A stretch of 63,907 nucleotides of DNA, the filler included, from Octopus bimaculoides (Eukaryota): NCBI RefSeq assembly GCF_001194135.2. It is 9 parts of 8 records of this genome, joined end to end, with 100 filler letters (N's around TTAATTAATTAA, not from the genome) between each part and the next. Parts side by side here need not be neighbours in the genome. Positions count along the whole stretch, not along the records: positions 1 to 22,778 come from NC_068987.1; 8 more parts are not named here. One strand, 5' to 3'. The notes below the pieces were generated by a model, which was given only the letters and a program-made list of their open reading frames with translations, did not search any database and had not been told where the DNA came from. The position numbers were made by a program, and so were the translations under genes. Of this stretch, positions 1 through 12,161 are shown piece after piece (within the stretch, counting starts at the first letter, position 1; each line of letters starts with the position of its first letter).

Positions 1-316
1 CTGACTTTCCTATATTAAATTAAGAATTGAACGGAACGCTGAACTCCAGACTATCAACACAAACAACATTTATTCAAGGTGGAAAATATACATCTTTAAT
101 CTTGTTTGTTGAGACGTCTTCGGTGTGTGAGAACATGGTTGTTGGGACGTTGGTATATTGATGTGAGCTGTCTAGCGTGAGTTCGAAAGATGGAGCGAGC
201 TAGACACGTCCATGCTCAATCGCTGGCCAGTAAGAAAGAGACAGAATAAAGCGGGAAAGCTTGGATGTTGAATTCCACGCATGCGTGAGACTACGCATGC
301 GCACGGCGTTACTACA
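1..316 (-). mobile_element. Partial LTR of a Gypsy-like LTR retrotransposon, running off the window start; related to the LTR at 41919-42310
   Basis: The minus strand begins TGTAGTAACGC at 316, versus TGTAGTGACGC at 41919. It contains AATAAA followed by TGTTGATAGTCTGGAGTTCAGCGTTCCGTT, similar to TGTTGATAGTTCAGAATCTGCGTTCCGTT in the 42.2-kb LTR. Confidence 0.55.
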
Positions 317-386
317 CATGCATACATACATACATACATACATACATACATACATACATGCATACATACATACATATACACACAGA

Positions 387-1595
387 GAGGATGCGAAAGT
401 TATTTGAGAACATATTTGGAAATTAAATAAAGCAACTCTAATGAAGTAAAAGCCAAATATATTTTAAACAAAGAATTATGCACATGTTTTGGATAAGTTT
501 CTTATAAGAATATTCTATGAATCCGCCTTCTGCTTCGCTGACTGTTTCAATACGGAACGGAAATCATTTACATACCTTCATTAAATGATCCATATTTATT
601 TCTGACTTAACATGGACTGGACAGTGGTAGCCGTCAATAAAGTTATAGTATTGTGAGGGTGTCAATTAGTCCTTCTTTGAACAACATTCCAAACGTTGTA
701 GTCTATGGGATTTAAATCTGCCAAGTTTGGAAGCCACAAATTTGGTGCTACATAATCGTTAATACTGTTTCATTTTCATTCTTGGGTTACGTAGGCTTTG
801 TGAGAAGGTACAGAGCCTTGTTGAATCAAATATGGCCATCACTGCGTGCTTCATCTATCCAGAGCTTAACAACTGTCTTCGGTACTCAGCGTATCCAGCA
901 GTATTAATTCTAAGACCTTGCAGAAAGATATAAGGTAAGATGACATGACCTTCATGACTCACCACTCCTAAAACCATCACAGTTGCTGGAAACTTCGTGT
1001 GCATCACTCTGGGGATAACAGAAGGATTTGCACGTAACCAGCGGTCATTTTTCTAGTTAGAATTTTAGTCTTGGTCGAATATTTTCTCATAGAGATGAAT
1101 GAAAGCATGCCCTCTCCGTAGTGGAATTTTAACCTTCTTAAGTAACCACTTCACGCGGTTCGGATGGGTTTTCCTATGTCTTCACAGATTTGGATTTATT
1201 TCTCCTTACTACATACGACTTACATCGAATGTCCTCGTGCACCTGAAGTTCTTTCGCGATGACCCTCATTGATTTTCTGGGATCATCATCGAAAATGTTT
1301 TGAACCCGTTGAAGCTAGTCGAACGTTTAGAATGTTTTTCTCTTTGATACAGTTGTAACATTCGATCCAAACTTTGTGTACAAAAGACTTTGCGACATTC
1401 AGAAAGTTGGCAATTTCTAAATTTCTACATCGCTGTCTTCTGAACGTATGGCAACAATGACTGCATGTCTTTATAATTCTTGTGTTAGCATATTAACTAT
1501 CATGGAGGGATCCAAAAGCAATAAAAGCTTTTCACTTGTTCAGAAAAGAATAATGTACTCATAATTAAGTGTCCTCAAATACACCTCGCATTATG
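387..1595 (-). mobile_element. Decayed, near full-length mariner-like transposon (maT/DD37D type), pseudogenised transposase
   Basis: Manual minus-strand translation gives TKFPATVMVLGVVSHEGHV, then a frameshifted QQDSAP-like region and a WxPNxxDLNPxDY-like motif. Degenerate TIRs at about 387-415 and 1569-1595; TA at 1596-1597. Confidence 0.75.
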
Positions 1596-1930
1596 TACAT
1601 TCGTTTATATTGGAAGCAGCTTTGTTTTTTATGCGTGTTCCATTAAATATACGACTATGTTCAAGTTTTATCTTATTATTTTAGATTTTTCCCATTTTGT
1701 CATTAGTTTTTTACAGTTAATTTGGAACAGTAGAGTTCCTAAATCTATATCCGACGTGTTTAAATTATATTGAATTAAATATACTTAGCCTTTGTGTTGT
1801 TTCTGCCAAAGGTGTTTTACCATTAGTATCATGCTACAGTTGTAGATCTTTAGTCATTCGGGAGCCTTAGCATAACGGAAGTCACACTTGTCTGTTTCCA
1901 TAGCCAGGTGTTTGAACCATTGCAGGCTGT

Positions 1931-2053
1931 GGGGTTAGGGTTACGGTTAAGGTTTAGGTTTGGGGTCAGGATTTAGGTTAGAGTTAGGGCTTAAGATTAA
2001 GGTTAGAGTTAGGGTTAAGTTTTAGGGTTTAGGGTAAGGTGGAGATTAAGATT
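1931..2053 (+). repeat. Degenerate telomere-like (TTAGGG-type) hexamer array, about 20 units
   Basis: GGGGTTAGGGTTACGGTTAAGGTTTAGG...GTTAGGGTTAAGTTTTAGGGTTTAGGGTAAGG read directly. Confidence 0.8.
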
Positions 2054-2558
2054 ATGGTGCAGGCACGAAAACTACAACCATTTGCGAAAACTGTTTGAGT
2101 GCATAGCAGAATTTCATTGTCTTTTAACTTGCTTCTTTCGTTTCGGAACTTTTCATTACACTTCTTTACTTTCTATATTTAAAGTTTTATAACATTTTCA
2201 TTTTAAAAAGTGAAAACATAGAAGTGCAATAATGGAGACTTGCGATTAGTTAAAATGTCAAGCATTCTGTTATTAATTTCAGTAAAAAAAAAAATGAGCG
2301 AAAATTTCGTCATTAACATGTAAAATTACATCAGTGAAGAAATGTGAAAAGAAATCGAACGGTAGGAACGAAACCATAAAGATTCATACTTTCTTTAATT
2401 GTCATTCAAACCTCAGGGTGCATGTTTATTGACTTTTTCAGTTAAAATAAAATTAAAAAAAGAGCGGATACATTTTAAAATTAATTTAGATTTGTGTCGA
2501 ACATTTCTTTTTCCAATAAGTTATTATATTCTTAGAATTTTATCAGTTACATATATGT

Positions 2559-2680
2559 GTATATATTCCATAACTGCCATCTCTGAAGAGTGTAAGGTTA
2601 CATAATCGGGCAGTTATCGAACACTCCGTTGAACCCAAGTGCGAAACCGATTCGTAAGATCAGCCGTAATGGATATATAC
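2559..2680 (+). ncRNA. Candidate type-I hammerhead ribozyme with an enlarged stem II
   Basis: Core CTGAAGA (2583-2589), GAAA (2643-2646) and TA cleavage site (2655-2656). Stem I ATCT/AGAT extends imperfectly through CTG/CAG, TCCAT/ATGGA and GTATATA/TATATAC. Stem II pairing is irregular. Confidence 0.5.
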
Positions 2681-2759
2681 TGCGCTACACTTCGATTAGT
2701 ATATGTTTATATATATATTATCTTTTACTTATGTCAGTCATTCGATAACAGCCATACTA

Positions 2760-2900
2760 GGTATTACCAGGAAGGTTTAGTCGGACAAATTGATCCCAAT
2801 ACTTATGTTTTAAGCCTGGTACATATTCTATCGGTCTCTTTTGTCGAGGTGCTAAGTTAGGAAGTCACAAACAAACCAACACCAGTTGTCATGCGATGTG
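2760..2900 (-). mobile_element. SINE 3' core fragment (octopus-type family B)
   Basis: Shares the CCTGGTAC(T)TATTCTATCGGTCTCTTTTG.CGA..GCTAAGTTA..G.GT.A.AAAC core with copies at 6.3, 9.5, 11.0 and 21.2 kb. Confidence 0.6.
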
Positions 2901-2925
2901 GTGGGTGGGGGATAAACATAAACAC

Positions 2926-3010
<85 letters not shown>

Positions 3011-3014
<4 letters not shown>

Positions 3015-4025
3015 CAGGCGTGGCTGTATGGTAAGAAGTTAGCTTCCCAACAACACCGTTCCGATTTCAGTCCCACTGCGTGACACCTTGAGGTAGTGAT
3101 TTCTACTATAGCCTCTGACCGACTAAAACCTTGTGAGTGGATTTGGTAGACGGAAACTGGAACACGTCTATTGTATATACAGGGTGGCCACAAAGTTACG
3201 CATCATGGGAGATATCAAGTATGTTTTATTAGCAATGAAGTAGGTAATCCATTACAAATTTTCAAAGTGTTCGCCATGTAGCTCTAAACAAGTGTTCATA
3301 CGGGATTTGAAATTGCGATGAACCCTCTCGAATAGCCTTTCATTGCCGTTGACTTGTTCACACGTTTTAACAATTATTTGAAGAAGATGTTCTAGGTCAC
3401 GAATCTTTTCAGAATACACAAGGGATTTAATGTAGCCCCAGAAGAAAAAGTCCGGAAGAAAAAGTCCGGAAGAAAAAGTCCATGTGAGTTAAATCTGGTG
3501 ACCGTGGTGCCCATTCAATTGGCCCGCGACACCCGAGCCATCTCCCTGGAAAATGTTCATTCAGAAAATCCCGAACCTGCAATGCATAATGGGGCGGAGC
3601 CCCCATCCTGCTGAAACCAGACAGGATTTCCCCTTCCAAGTGAATGCACGGAGGCATCATCTTGTTGCCAAGTATGTCCAGACACGAATCCCCTGTTACA
3701 GAGCCCTCAAAATAAAATGGTCCAATTACTTGATTGTGCTAAATTCTACACCACACTATTACCTTGCCCCACCTTGTTGGGGCAAGGTAATAGTGTGTCC
3801 CGGCAGTTGTGAAAAGAGATTAAAAAAAAGAGAATGTTAGCAATTTCACATATTGCAGGATGGTGTGTGACTTTATGGCCACCCTGTATATACATATATC
3901 TATATACATCTATTTGTGTGCCTTAGTGTTTGTCCCCCATTGTCGCTTAATAACCGGTATTGATGTATTTACGTCCCCGTAACTTAGCAGATGGGCAAAA
4001 AGAAGCCGATAGAATAAGTACCTAA
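3011..4025 (+). mobile_element. tRNA-headed SINE (family B), split by a mariner insertion in its internal TA tract
   Basis: Head GGCGCAGGCGTGGCTGTATGGTAAGAAG with a B-box-like TTCAGTCCC at 3011-3175. The core resumes at about 3890-4025 (TTTACGTCCCCGTAACTTAGC...GATAGAATAAGTACC) after the transposon. Confidence 0.75.
3180..3886 (-). mobile_element. Internally deleted Tc1/mariner-superfamily transposon (Tc3-like transposase C-terminus)
   Basis: TIRs CAGGGTGGCCACAAAGTTACGCA / TGTGTGACTTTATGGCCACCCTG with TA on both sides (3178-79, 3887-88). The minus-strand ORF contains GAPPHYALQVRDFLNEHFPGRWLGCRGPIEWAPRSPDLTHMDFFF. Confidence 0.9.
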
Positions 4026-4186
4026 GACGCTCAGTAAAAGGATAGGACTTATATAGGCTGAACGGAGTATGACAGCTGACTCTCATAAATTTCCAGCTAC
4101 GAATGCCGAGAGCAATGGAAAGAAGCTTACAGAAATATCTAGATTAAAGTTTCGATTCCTGGCTAACAATCCATGAAACGAACTGT

Positions 4187-4218
<32 letters not shown>

Positions 4219-5869
4219 CGCAGATGAGTGACTGGTTGTTCTAAGACATTTATTGATTGTAATTTTTTTCTGCCCAGTTACCTATCGATATAGTGGTCAT
4301 TTGCAAACTCCAGAGGCGACACTTTCATTTCCCTTTACTCCAAACGTCACACGTTGTAATTTCAATTGGGTTATGCCCTTCCAATTGCTATAGATCTGTA
4401 AGGCATCTTACAGCTGTGCCTGTCACCTGATTGGTGAGGAATCCTACATTGGGGAGTAGTAACGACTACGCTAGGGTAGCCGACTGATTATCGTGATCAT
4501 TTGTCTTTTGGTTTTCTGTAGCTTTACTCTCTTTTACAAACCCAGTGAACATACATATATTTCCTATTTCAAAGAAATTCAAACAATACATATTAGACCC
4601 AAGTTAAAAACATTCCCAACAATTCAACTTCTCTGGTTGACATTAACACACCCACACCCAATAGGGGGCTTCATTCCCACATTTTAGAGCTCCATAAGCT
4701 CCATTTTTCAGGAGCAAAATCCTTTTTACAGGTTCCAGAAGACTGAAATTTTGGAATATGCGCATAAAGATCAATAGTATGGGATATATGTCTCATGATT
4801 AGAATTTTTTTAGGGTGTGCAAAGAGGAAAAGAACCCTCATGTGGAATTTTGATGAAATTCGAATCATATNNNNNNNNNNNNNNNNNNNNNNNNNNNNNN
4901 NNNNNNNNNNNNNNNNNNNNNNNNNNNNNNNNNNNNNNNNNNNNNNNNNNNNNNNNNNNNNNNNNNNNNNNNNNNNNNNNNNNNNNNNNNNNNNNNNNNN
5001 NNNNNNNNNNNNNNNNNNNNNNNNNNNNNNNNNNNNNNNNNNNNNNNNNNNNNNNNNNNNNNNNNNNNNNNNNNNNNNNNNNNNNNNNNNNNNNNNNNNN
5101 NNNNNNNNNNNNNNNNNNNNNNNNNNNNNNNNNNNNNNNNNNNNNNNNNNNNNNNNNNNNNNNNNNNNNNNNNNNNNNNNNNNNNNNNNNNNNNNNNNNN
5201 NNNNNNNNNNNNNNNNNNNNNNNNNNNNNNNNNNNNNNNNNNNNNNNNNNNNNNNNNNNNNNNNNNNNNNNNNNNNNNNNNNNNNNNNNNNNNNNNNNNN
5301 NNNNNNNNNNNNNNNNNNNNNNNNNNNNNNNNNATATATATATATATATATACCATGTGTGTGTGCGCGCGCCCGTGTGTGTGCATGTGCTCACACACAC
5401 ATATATTCGTTATATACAGGCATAAATGCATACATACACACACATACACTCACATGCATACATACATACATACAGAAACACAGAATATATATATGCATGC
5501 ATATATATTCTGTATTTCTGGAAGTGTTACATAACATTAACATAATTCTCAGTTTATTTTCTTAAGCTCCACTCACACGAATTAAGCATACAAGCTGCCA
5601 CTGGGCAAAAGCACATAACTTACAACATCTTCCTTGCTATAATGATGACAATATAATAGTGCAAATCTCACGTGGTACGTTGTTTTCTATTGCCAACAAC
5701 GTATGAGTCATAATTTTTTTTACTCCCTTTTCCCTTTGCAAAAGGTCATGGCTGTTGCCTCGGAATAAGCCCTAAAATTGAACGAAATAAACTTGCGTTA
5801 GAAAAATAAAGTGTGTCATCCAGCGTCAGCAAAACTATGAAGACTGGCTCTCCACCACTTACGACGACG

Positions 5870-6140
5870 ACTGTTCTAGTTTATTCGATCAAAGGAACAA
5901 CCTGCTCGTGAAATTAACGAATTAACGTGCATGTAGCTGAGCTCTCCAACAGACAAACGTACCCTTAATGTAGTTCTCATGGATATCCAGAGTGACCCAG
6001 AATGTGACTAGGCTGACTCTTTGAAATAGATATACTTCTCATTTTTGCCTGCTGAATGGACTGGAGCAATATGAAATTAAGTGTCTGGCTGAAGGACACA
6101 ATTGTGAGCCGAATAACCAAACCACTAAGACACGCGCTTT
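5870..6140 (-). mobile_element. Decayed SINE (family C; related to 18787-19050 and 46620-46960)
   Basis: Shares GCTCGTGAAATTAACG, AATGTGACTAGGCTG and GAAAT(T)AAGTGTCT.GCT.AAGGACACAA with the 46.6-47.0-kb copy. Confidence 0.5.
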
Positions 6141-6259
6141 TACAGTTAACTATAAGACGTCTAAAAAATAAGTAACATCCAAAAGTAATTTCGCAACGTT
6201 AACAACAAAATATAACAAGAACAATAACAACAGCAATAATCTTTTATCTTTTTTCAATC

Positions 6260-6490
6260 ATTGGATTGCGGCCAAGTTGGGGCACCGCCTTGAAGGCTTT
6301 CTTTTTTTAGCCGAACGGATCGACCTCAGTACATATTTATTTACTTATTTATTCATTCATTATTTTTTTTTTCAATTTATTTATTTTGTAAAGCCTGGTA
6401 CTTATTCTATCGGTCTCCTCTTTTTATTTATTCATTTATTTATTTGCCAAACGGCTAATTTATAGGGGCATAAACAAACCAACACTGGTT
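6260..6490 (-). mobile_element. SINE 3' core (family B)
   Basis: TGCGGCCAAGTTGGGGCACCGCC...AAGCCTGGTACTTATTCTATCGGTCTC core. Confidence 0.65.
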
Positions 6491-6594
6491 GTTGGACATT
6501 TGTTGGGTACACACACTAGCATATACACTAGCGATCGTGAGTGAAACACTCTTACCACCTCACATGACCCTCATAAATAAATAATGATAATGAT

Positions 6595-6838
6595 GATTTC
6601 AAATTTTGGCAAAGACCAGTAATTTGGTGGAGTGGGTAAGTCGATTACATCGACCCCGGCGTTCTATTGTATTTTTTCTGGGGAGTTTTTTTTTTTTGTT
6701 TGTTTTGTTTTTTTCGGCCCTGAAAGGATGAGAGGCAAAGTCATCCTTGGCAGAATTTGAACTCAGAATGTAAAGACGGATAAAATATCACTAAGCATTT
6801 TGCCCGGCGTACTTACGATTCTGCCATCTCGCCGCCTT
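6595..6838 (-). mobile_element. tRNA-headed SINE (family A)
   Basis: The minus strand reads AAGGCGGCGAGATGGCAGAATCG...TTCTGAGTTCAAATTCTGCC (A/B-box-like); same family as 18418, 41458, 45961, 46160 and 63685. Confidence 0.8.
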
Positions 6839-7681
6839 AATAATAGTAGTAATAATGATGATAATAATGATATTTTCAAATGTCGGCGCAAGGCCAGCAA
6901 TTCTGGGAGTAGAGGCGAAGTCAATTACATCGACCCAGTGTTTTACTNNNNNNNNNNNNNNNNNNNNNNNNNNNNNNNNNNNNNNNNNNNNNNNNNNNNN
7001 NNNNNNNNNNNNNNNNNNNNNNNNNNNNNNNNNNNNNNNNNNNNNNNNNNNNNNNNNNNNNNNNNNNNNNNNNNNNNNNNNNNNNNNNNNNNNNNNNNNN
7101 NNNNNNNNNNNNNNNNNNNNNNNNNNNNNNNNNNNNNNNNNNNNNNNNNNNNNNNNNNNNNNNNNNNNNNNNNNNNNNNNNNNNNNNNNNNNNNNNNNNN
7201 NNNNNNNNNNNNNNNNNNNNNNNNNNNNNNNNNNNNNNNNNNNNNNNNNNNNNNNNNNNNNNNNNNNNNNNNNNNNNNNNNNNNNNNNNNNNNNNNNNNN
7301 NNNNNNNNNNNNNNNNNNNNNNNNNNNNNNNNNNNNNNNNNNNNNNNNNNNNNNNNNNNNNNNNNNNNNNNNNNNNNNNNNNNNNNNNNNNNNNNNNNNN
7401 NNNNNNNNNNNNNNNNNNNNNNNNNNNNNNNNNNNNNNNNNNNNNNNNNNNNNNNNNNNNNNNNNNNNNNNNNNNNNNNNNNNNNNNNNNNNNNNNNNNN
7501 NNNNNNNNNNNNNNNNNNNNNNNNNNNNNNNNNNNNNNNNNNNNNNNNNNNNNNNNNNNNNNNNNNNNNNNNNNNNNNNNNNNNNNNNNNNNNNNNNNNN
7601 NNNNNNNNNNNNNNNNNNNNNNNNNNNNNNNNNNNNNNNNNNNNNNNNNNNNNNNNNNNNNNNNNNNNNNNNNNNNNNNNN

Positions 7682-7726
<45 letters not shown>

Positions 7727-8502
7727 CACGACAAAGTAAACGGTTATATCCACTGGACAATATGCCAACATTATAACATCAAACCTTGCAACAGGCGGTA
7801 TGAGCATGCGCCAAACAAGGTGCAAGACAACGACCAGGCCACAATCATCTGGGATACACCGGTTCAAACCGACAAAAAAATAATAGTCGAGCATTGGAGA
7901 AAAAACACCTGCTTACTGATAGACATTGCAGTCCCTTCTGATCAAAATATTGTCAAAAAAGTGGAGAAATTGTCAAAGTACAAGGACCTCGAAATTGAAA
8001 TAGTCAAGATGTGGGGCATGAAGGTAAAAATAATAACAATAATAATTAGAGCATTGGGCATGATTTAAAAAAACATATGAACAAAAACGTACAAGCTATA
8101 TAACTGGATCCTCAACAATACACACTGTCCAAAAAATAGCTCTACTGGGAACAGCCCACATCATACGTAAGACACTAACAATCCAATAATACAACCCAAA
8201 CAAAACAACGCACAAATACAAGACACTCTATTCAGTATTTACCCAGTTAAATAAACTTCCACCAGTAAGCTAGGGAAATCAAAGCATTACACACTCAACA
8301 CACAATACATGCAGCAACACAACAAAAAACTGCACCACACTTCAAGAGAAAACAAAAACTAATACAATACAGTACCGGGAAGAGTTTCTACATCCCCCAT
8401 TAGCAGAAAAAAAACACACGATGCTGCACATAGCCCAGCAACACAGAGGTGTAGCAGGTGATGCAGTAGAAATTTGACTCAATCTACCAAATGTAGAGCA
8501 GT

Positions 8503-8504
<2 letters not shown>
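7727..8504 (+). mobile_element. 3' end of an R4/Dong-type non-LTR retrotransposon (restriction-like endonuclease domain and 3' UTR), pseudogene
   Basis: Translation HDKVNGYIHWTICQHY...IIWDTPVQTD...CLLIDIAVPSDQNIVKKVEKLSKYKDLEIEI...QKIALLGTAHIIRKTL, with a stop near 8187. The 3' end abuts (TAA)11. Confidence 0.85.

Positions 8505-8537
<33 letters not shown>
8505..8537 (+). repeat. (TAA)11 microsatellite at the 3' junction of the Dong-like LINE
   Basis: Read directly. Confidence 0.9.
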
Positions 8538-8774
8538 GCATTAGATTGAGACCATGAGCCACAAGAAATACTGATATGAACAATACAAAAAAAAAAAAAA
8601 CTACAAAGAATTTGTCACACCATAATCAGATACCAACACTAGCAAAATATCGTTGAGATATTATTAAACAACTCTGAAGGAATCATTATCAAAATATCCA
8701 ATACAATATATTACACAAGCAACAAGAAGGCATGTCTTTGAAGTTTCTCTTTTTTAATTTTTTAAAAATATATA

Positions 8775-8942
8775 GGCGAAGGAGTGGGTGTGTCGTAACT
8801 AGCTTACTTACCAATCACATGGTTCTGGGTTCAGTCCCACTTCGTGGCACCTTAGGTAGGTGTCTTCTACTGTAGCTTCGGGCCGACCAAAGCTTTGTGA
8901 GTGGATTTGGTGAACGGAAACTGAAGAAGTCCGCCGTATATA
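8775..8942 (+). mobile_element. SINE head (family B)
   Basis: GGCGAAGGAGTGGGTGTGTCGTAAC...GGGTTCAGTCCCACTTCGTGGCACC; similar to 3011-3175. Confidence 0.8.
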
Positions 8943-9496
8943 TAAACGTGTGTGTGTGTCTGTCTGTGTGTGGGTGTGTGTGAATTTTTGTATTTGGCGC
9001 AAGATTCTTGATATATGAATTCGTTTGTTGAATCATATCTTATTGTGTCTGGGGAGAGTCATTCTCTTTTTGTACCTTTTTCATTTAACACACACACACA
9101 CACACACCGGTCTGATATCCACTCATTTACTTATTTTCCGATAAAAAAAATTCAACTTCGTTTTCTGGTGAATTCAGAGCTCACTACAGTTTGCCTGCAG
9201 TTACCCACCTCTGACTCACTCACAGCCACTCTGTTTGTTGTTTCACTCTTCTTTCCCTAGCATCTTTAAAGCAGAGTTTTTAAATGTTATCTGCCTGCTT
9301 TAGCATCTGCTTCTGTCACTCACGGCCATTTCGTATGTTGTTTTACCCTTATTTGCCTAGCGTGACCGGCAGAAACACTAAGCATTTTATTATAATAGAC
9401 GAGACACACATTGCGTTTTATTATATGTAAGATATATAGCAGGTGCACGCGTAGCTGTGTAGTGGCTTTATGTATAATTCTTTCTTTATCTTCTAC

Positions 9497-9670
9497 TTGT
9501 TTCAATCATTAGACTGCGGCCATGTTGATGCACCACATCGAAGCACTTTTAGTTGAATGAATCGACTCCAATACATATTTTTTGTTAAGCCTGGTACTTA
9601 TTTAATCGGACTCTTTTGTCGAACCGCTAAGTTACGGGGACGTAAACACACCGATACCGGTTGTCAAGTG
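9497..9670 (-). mobile_element. SINE 3' core (family B)
   Basis: CTTGTTTCAATCATTAGACTGCGGCCATG...GAACCGCTAAGTTACGGGGACGTAAAC. Confidence 0.8.
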
Positions 9671-9684
9671 ATAATGAGAGACAG

Positions 9685-9769
<85 letters not shown>

Positions 9770-10224
9770 NNNNNNNNNNNNNNNNNNNNNNNNNNNNNNN
9801 NNNNNNNNNNNNNNNNNNNNNNNNNNNNNNNNNNNNNNNNNNNNNNNNNNNNNNNNNNNNNNNNNNNNNNNNNNNNNNNNNNNNNNNNNNNNNNNNNNNN
9901 NNNNNNNNNNNNNNNNNNNNNNNNNNNNNNNNNNNNNNNNNNNNNNNNNNNNNNNNNNNNNNNNNNNNNNNNNNNNNNNNNNNNNNNNNNNNNNNNNNNN
10001 NNNNNNNNNNNNNNNNNNNNNNNNNNNNNNNNNNNNNNNNNNNNNNNNNNNNNNNNNNNNNNNNNNNNNNNNNNNNNNNNNNNNNNNNNNNNNNNNNNNN
10101 NNNNNNNNNNNNNNNNNNNNNNNNNNNNNNNNNNNNNNNNNNNNNNNNNNNNNNNNNNNNNNNNNNNNNNNNNNNNNNNNNNNNNNNNNNNNNNNNNNNN
10201 NNNNNNNNNNNNNNNNNNNNNNNN

Positions 10225-10266
<42 letters not shown>

Positions 10267-10960
10267 GCAAAGCCTTATACTGGTATGCACCTACCTACCA
10301 ATGATAAATATAGACGTACAGCAACAATGAATGCACTCTGGGTAAATGAAAATTAAAACTTTCTGCTTCCATTGCATCAAACCTATATAAACTGACTAAA
10401 CTTCCTACGATAAACCACTGCATGTCTGAAAGCACAATATACACACTTACTAGGCAAAGATGTTCGAGTAAGTGCTGAAAAGTTCTTGGCTTTAGGTAAT
10501 TATGATTTTATTCAACATATTCCCTGCATAGATTCACACACTTATTGCAGCGGTCTTTCATGTTTTTCTAAGCCTTCTAAAAGACCTCGGATAGTTGGGT
10601 CTCCAACCAGGCCTTTCACGACACCCTTAAAGCCAGGAACTTTCAGCAACCCTTCGTAGTAAATCTGGAGCGCTGAATCTATGGATCACATCTAGACGTT
10701 CAAACAAGCTATGTGTTCAAACAACAAGCTATGATTTTGCGGAAGGTAATTTGGTTAGCTGAGTGTTGAACGTCTGGTATGGTCGAATTTGGCTACGTGC
10801 TGTTTCCTATATACAACCAAGTGCATCTTAGATTTTTGGTGAGATCATTTATTTACACTTGATTTTACAATATTTACAATGGTTACTTTACTGGAAATCA
10901 TATCACTGTTTACAAATAGGGAGACCTGAATGTATGGTGTGTTTTATCCTCTATCTTTCA

Positions 10961-11312
10961 CTTGTTTCAGTCATTACACTGCGACCATGCTGGGGCACCA
11001 CCTTGGTGAATTTTAGTCAAATGAATCGAGTTACCAGTACTTATTTCATTTAAGCATGGCACTTATATTATCGGTGACTCTTACCGAACCGCTAAGTTAC
11101 AGAGACGTAAACACCAACACTGGTTGTCAAGCAGTGGAAGCACACACACACACACACGATGACGGGCTTCTTTCAGTTTCTGTCTACCAAATCTACTCAC
11201 AAAGCTTTGGTTAACCCGACGCTATAGTAGAAGTCGTTTGCCCAAAGTATCACGCAGAGGGACTGAACCCGAAATTATGTGACTGGGAAGCAAATTCTTA
11301 CCACACAACGGT
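10961..11312 (-). mobile_element. Near-complete SINE (family B: head, CA tract and core)
   Basis: Core at 10961-11140; head at 11165-11312 (GGGACTGAACCC, CTTACCACACAAC on the plus strand). Confidence 0.8.
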
Positions 11313-11579
11313 TACTTATTCGTATTGCGAGAGGTTCCAGTACTATATGTTCATGATAGACAAACGATTCCTTTTAAGCCCGGATCGAGCAGCAACCAAG
11401 AAACTTGTCTTCTCACGGACCGCTGAAACCTCTGTAGTGACCGTGCAACCAGGAGATGGTGACGAAGGAATGGCTCTTTTAGTGCGTCGCACGGTCGATA
11501 CAAATATAAAAAACAAAAGATGGAATGAAGTAAAATGAATTAAATGCCAACAAGAAAAGAGAGACTCAACCGGTAACAA

Positions 11580-12161
11580 TGTATAAAAATTAGGTTTTAT
11601 TGGTTGTCAACTAGAATGTCTGTGTGTGTGAATGCGACATAATAAAACACAATATAAGACAGGCCGTCGTGTAAACAAAGAGTGTGGATGTATACAAATA
11701 TGTGTATGTGAATGCAAGAGATACAGAGCATAGAAAACAGTCTATAAATAAGGACGTTAAAAGTCCAGACACAAGGATTAGAAATAACAGTTCGTATTCA
11801 TGGTACACAGTGGTAAAGGTGCTGTACAAGAAGTCGTAGCCGAATAGCAAAGCCGGAGAAAAAATACTGTTGCCCGAGAAGTTGAGGCTACGATGCTGCG
11901 ACCGGTTACTTGTTACAGGTGGTCTCGCAGGTTGTACTTGCTGTTCTTCTTGGTGAGGCAATTCACACAAACAGTATTGAGAGAACCAGTGCGGGAGCTG
12001 CTGGCGGTGTGTACGTTGAGTAGACGCTGGCGACGAAGAAGCTGATTGTGGCGTCGAAGATGGAGTTTGCAGCAAGGTGTTGAACGGTGGTGTGTCATCG
12101 CTGGAACTGGCTGGTGCTCTGTGGTCAGCGGCTAGATCTCAGAAGGTCTAAAGTTGCTACA
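11580..12161 (-). mobile_element. Possible solo LTR
   Basis: The minus strand starts TGTAGCAAC and ends AATAAAACCTAATTTTTATACA (TG...CA with a polyA signal near the end). The flanks AACAA/AACTT are not a clean TSD. Confidence 0.35.

Noticed and set aside
11611-12075. 154-aa S/T/Q-rich ORF
   Set aside because: No recognisable domain; it lies inside an LTR-like segment and ends in low-complexity hydrophobic sequence.
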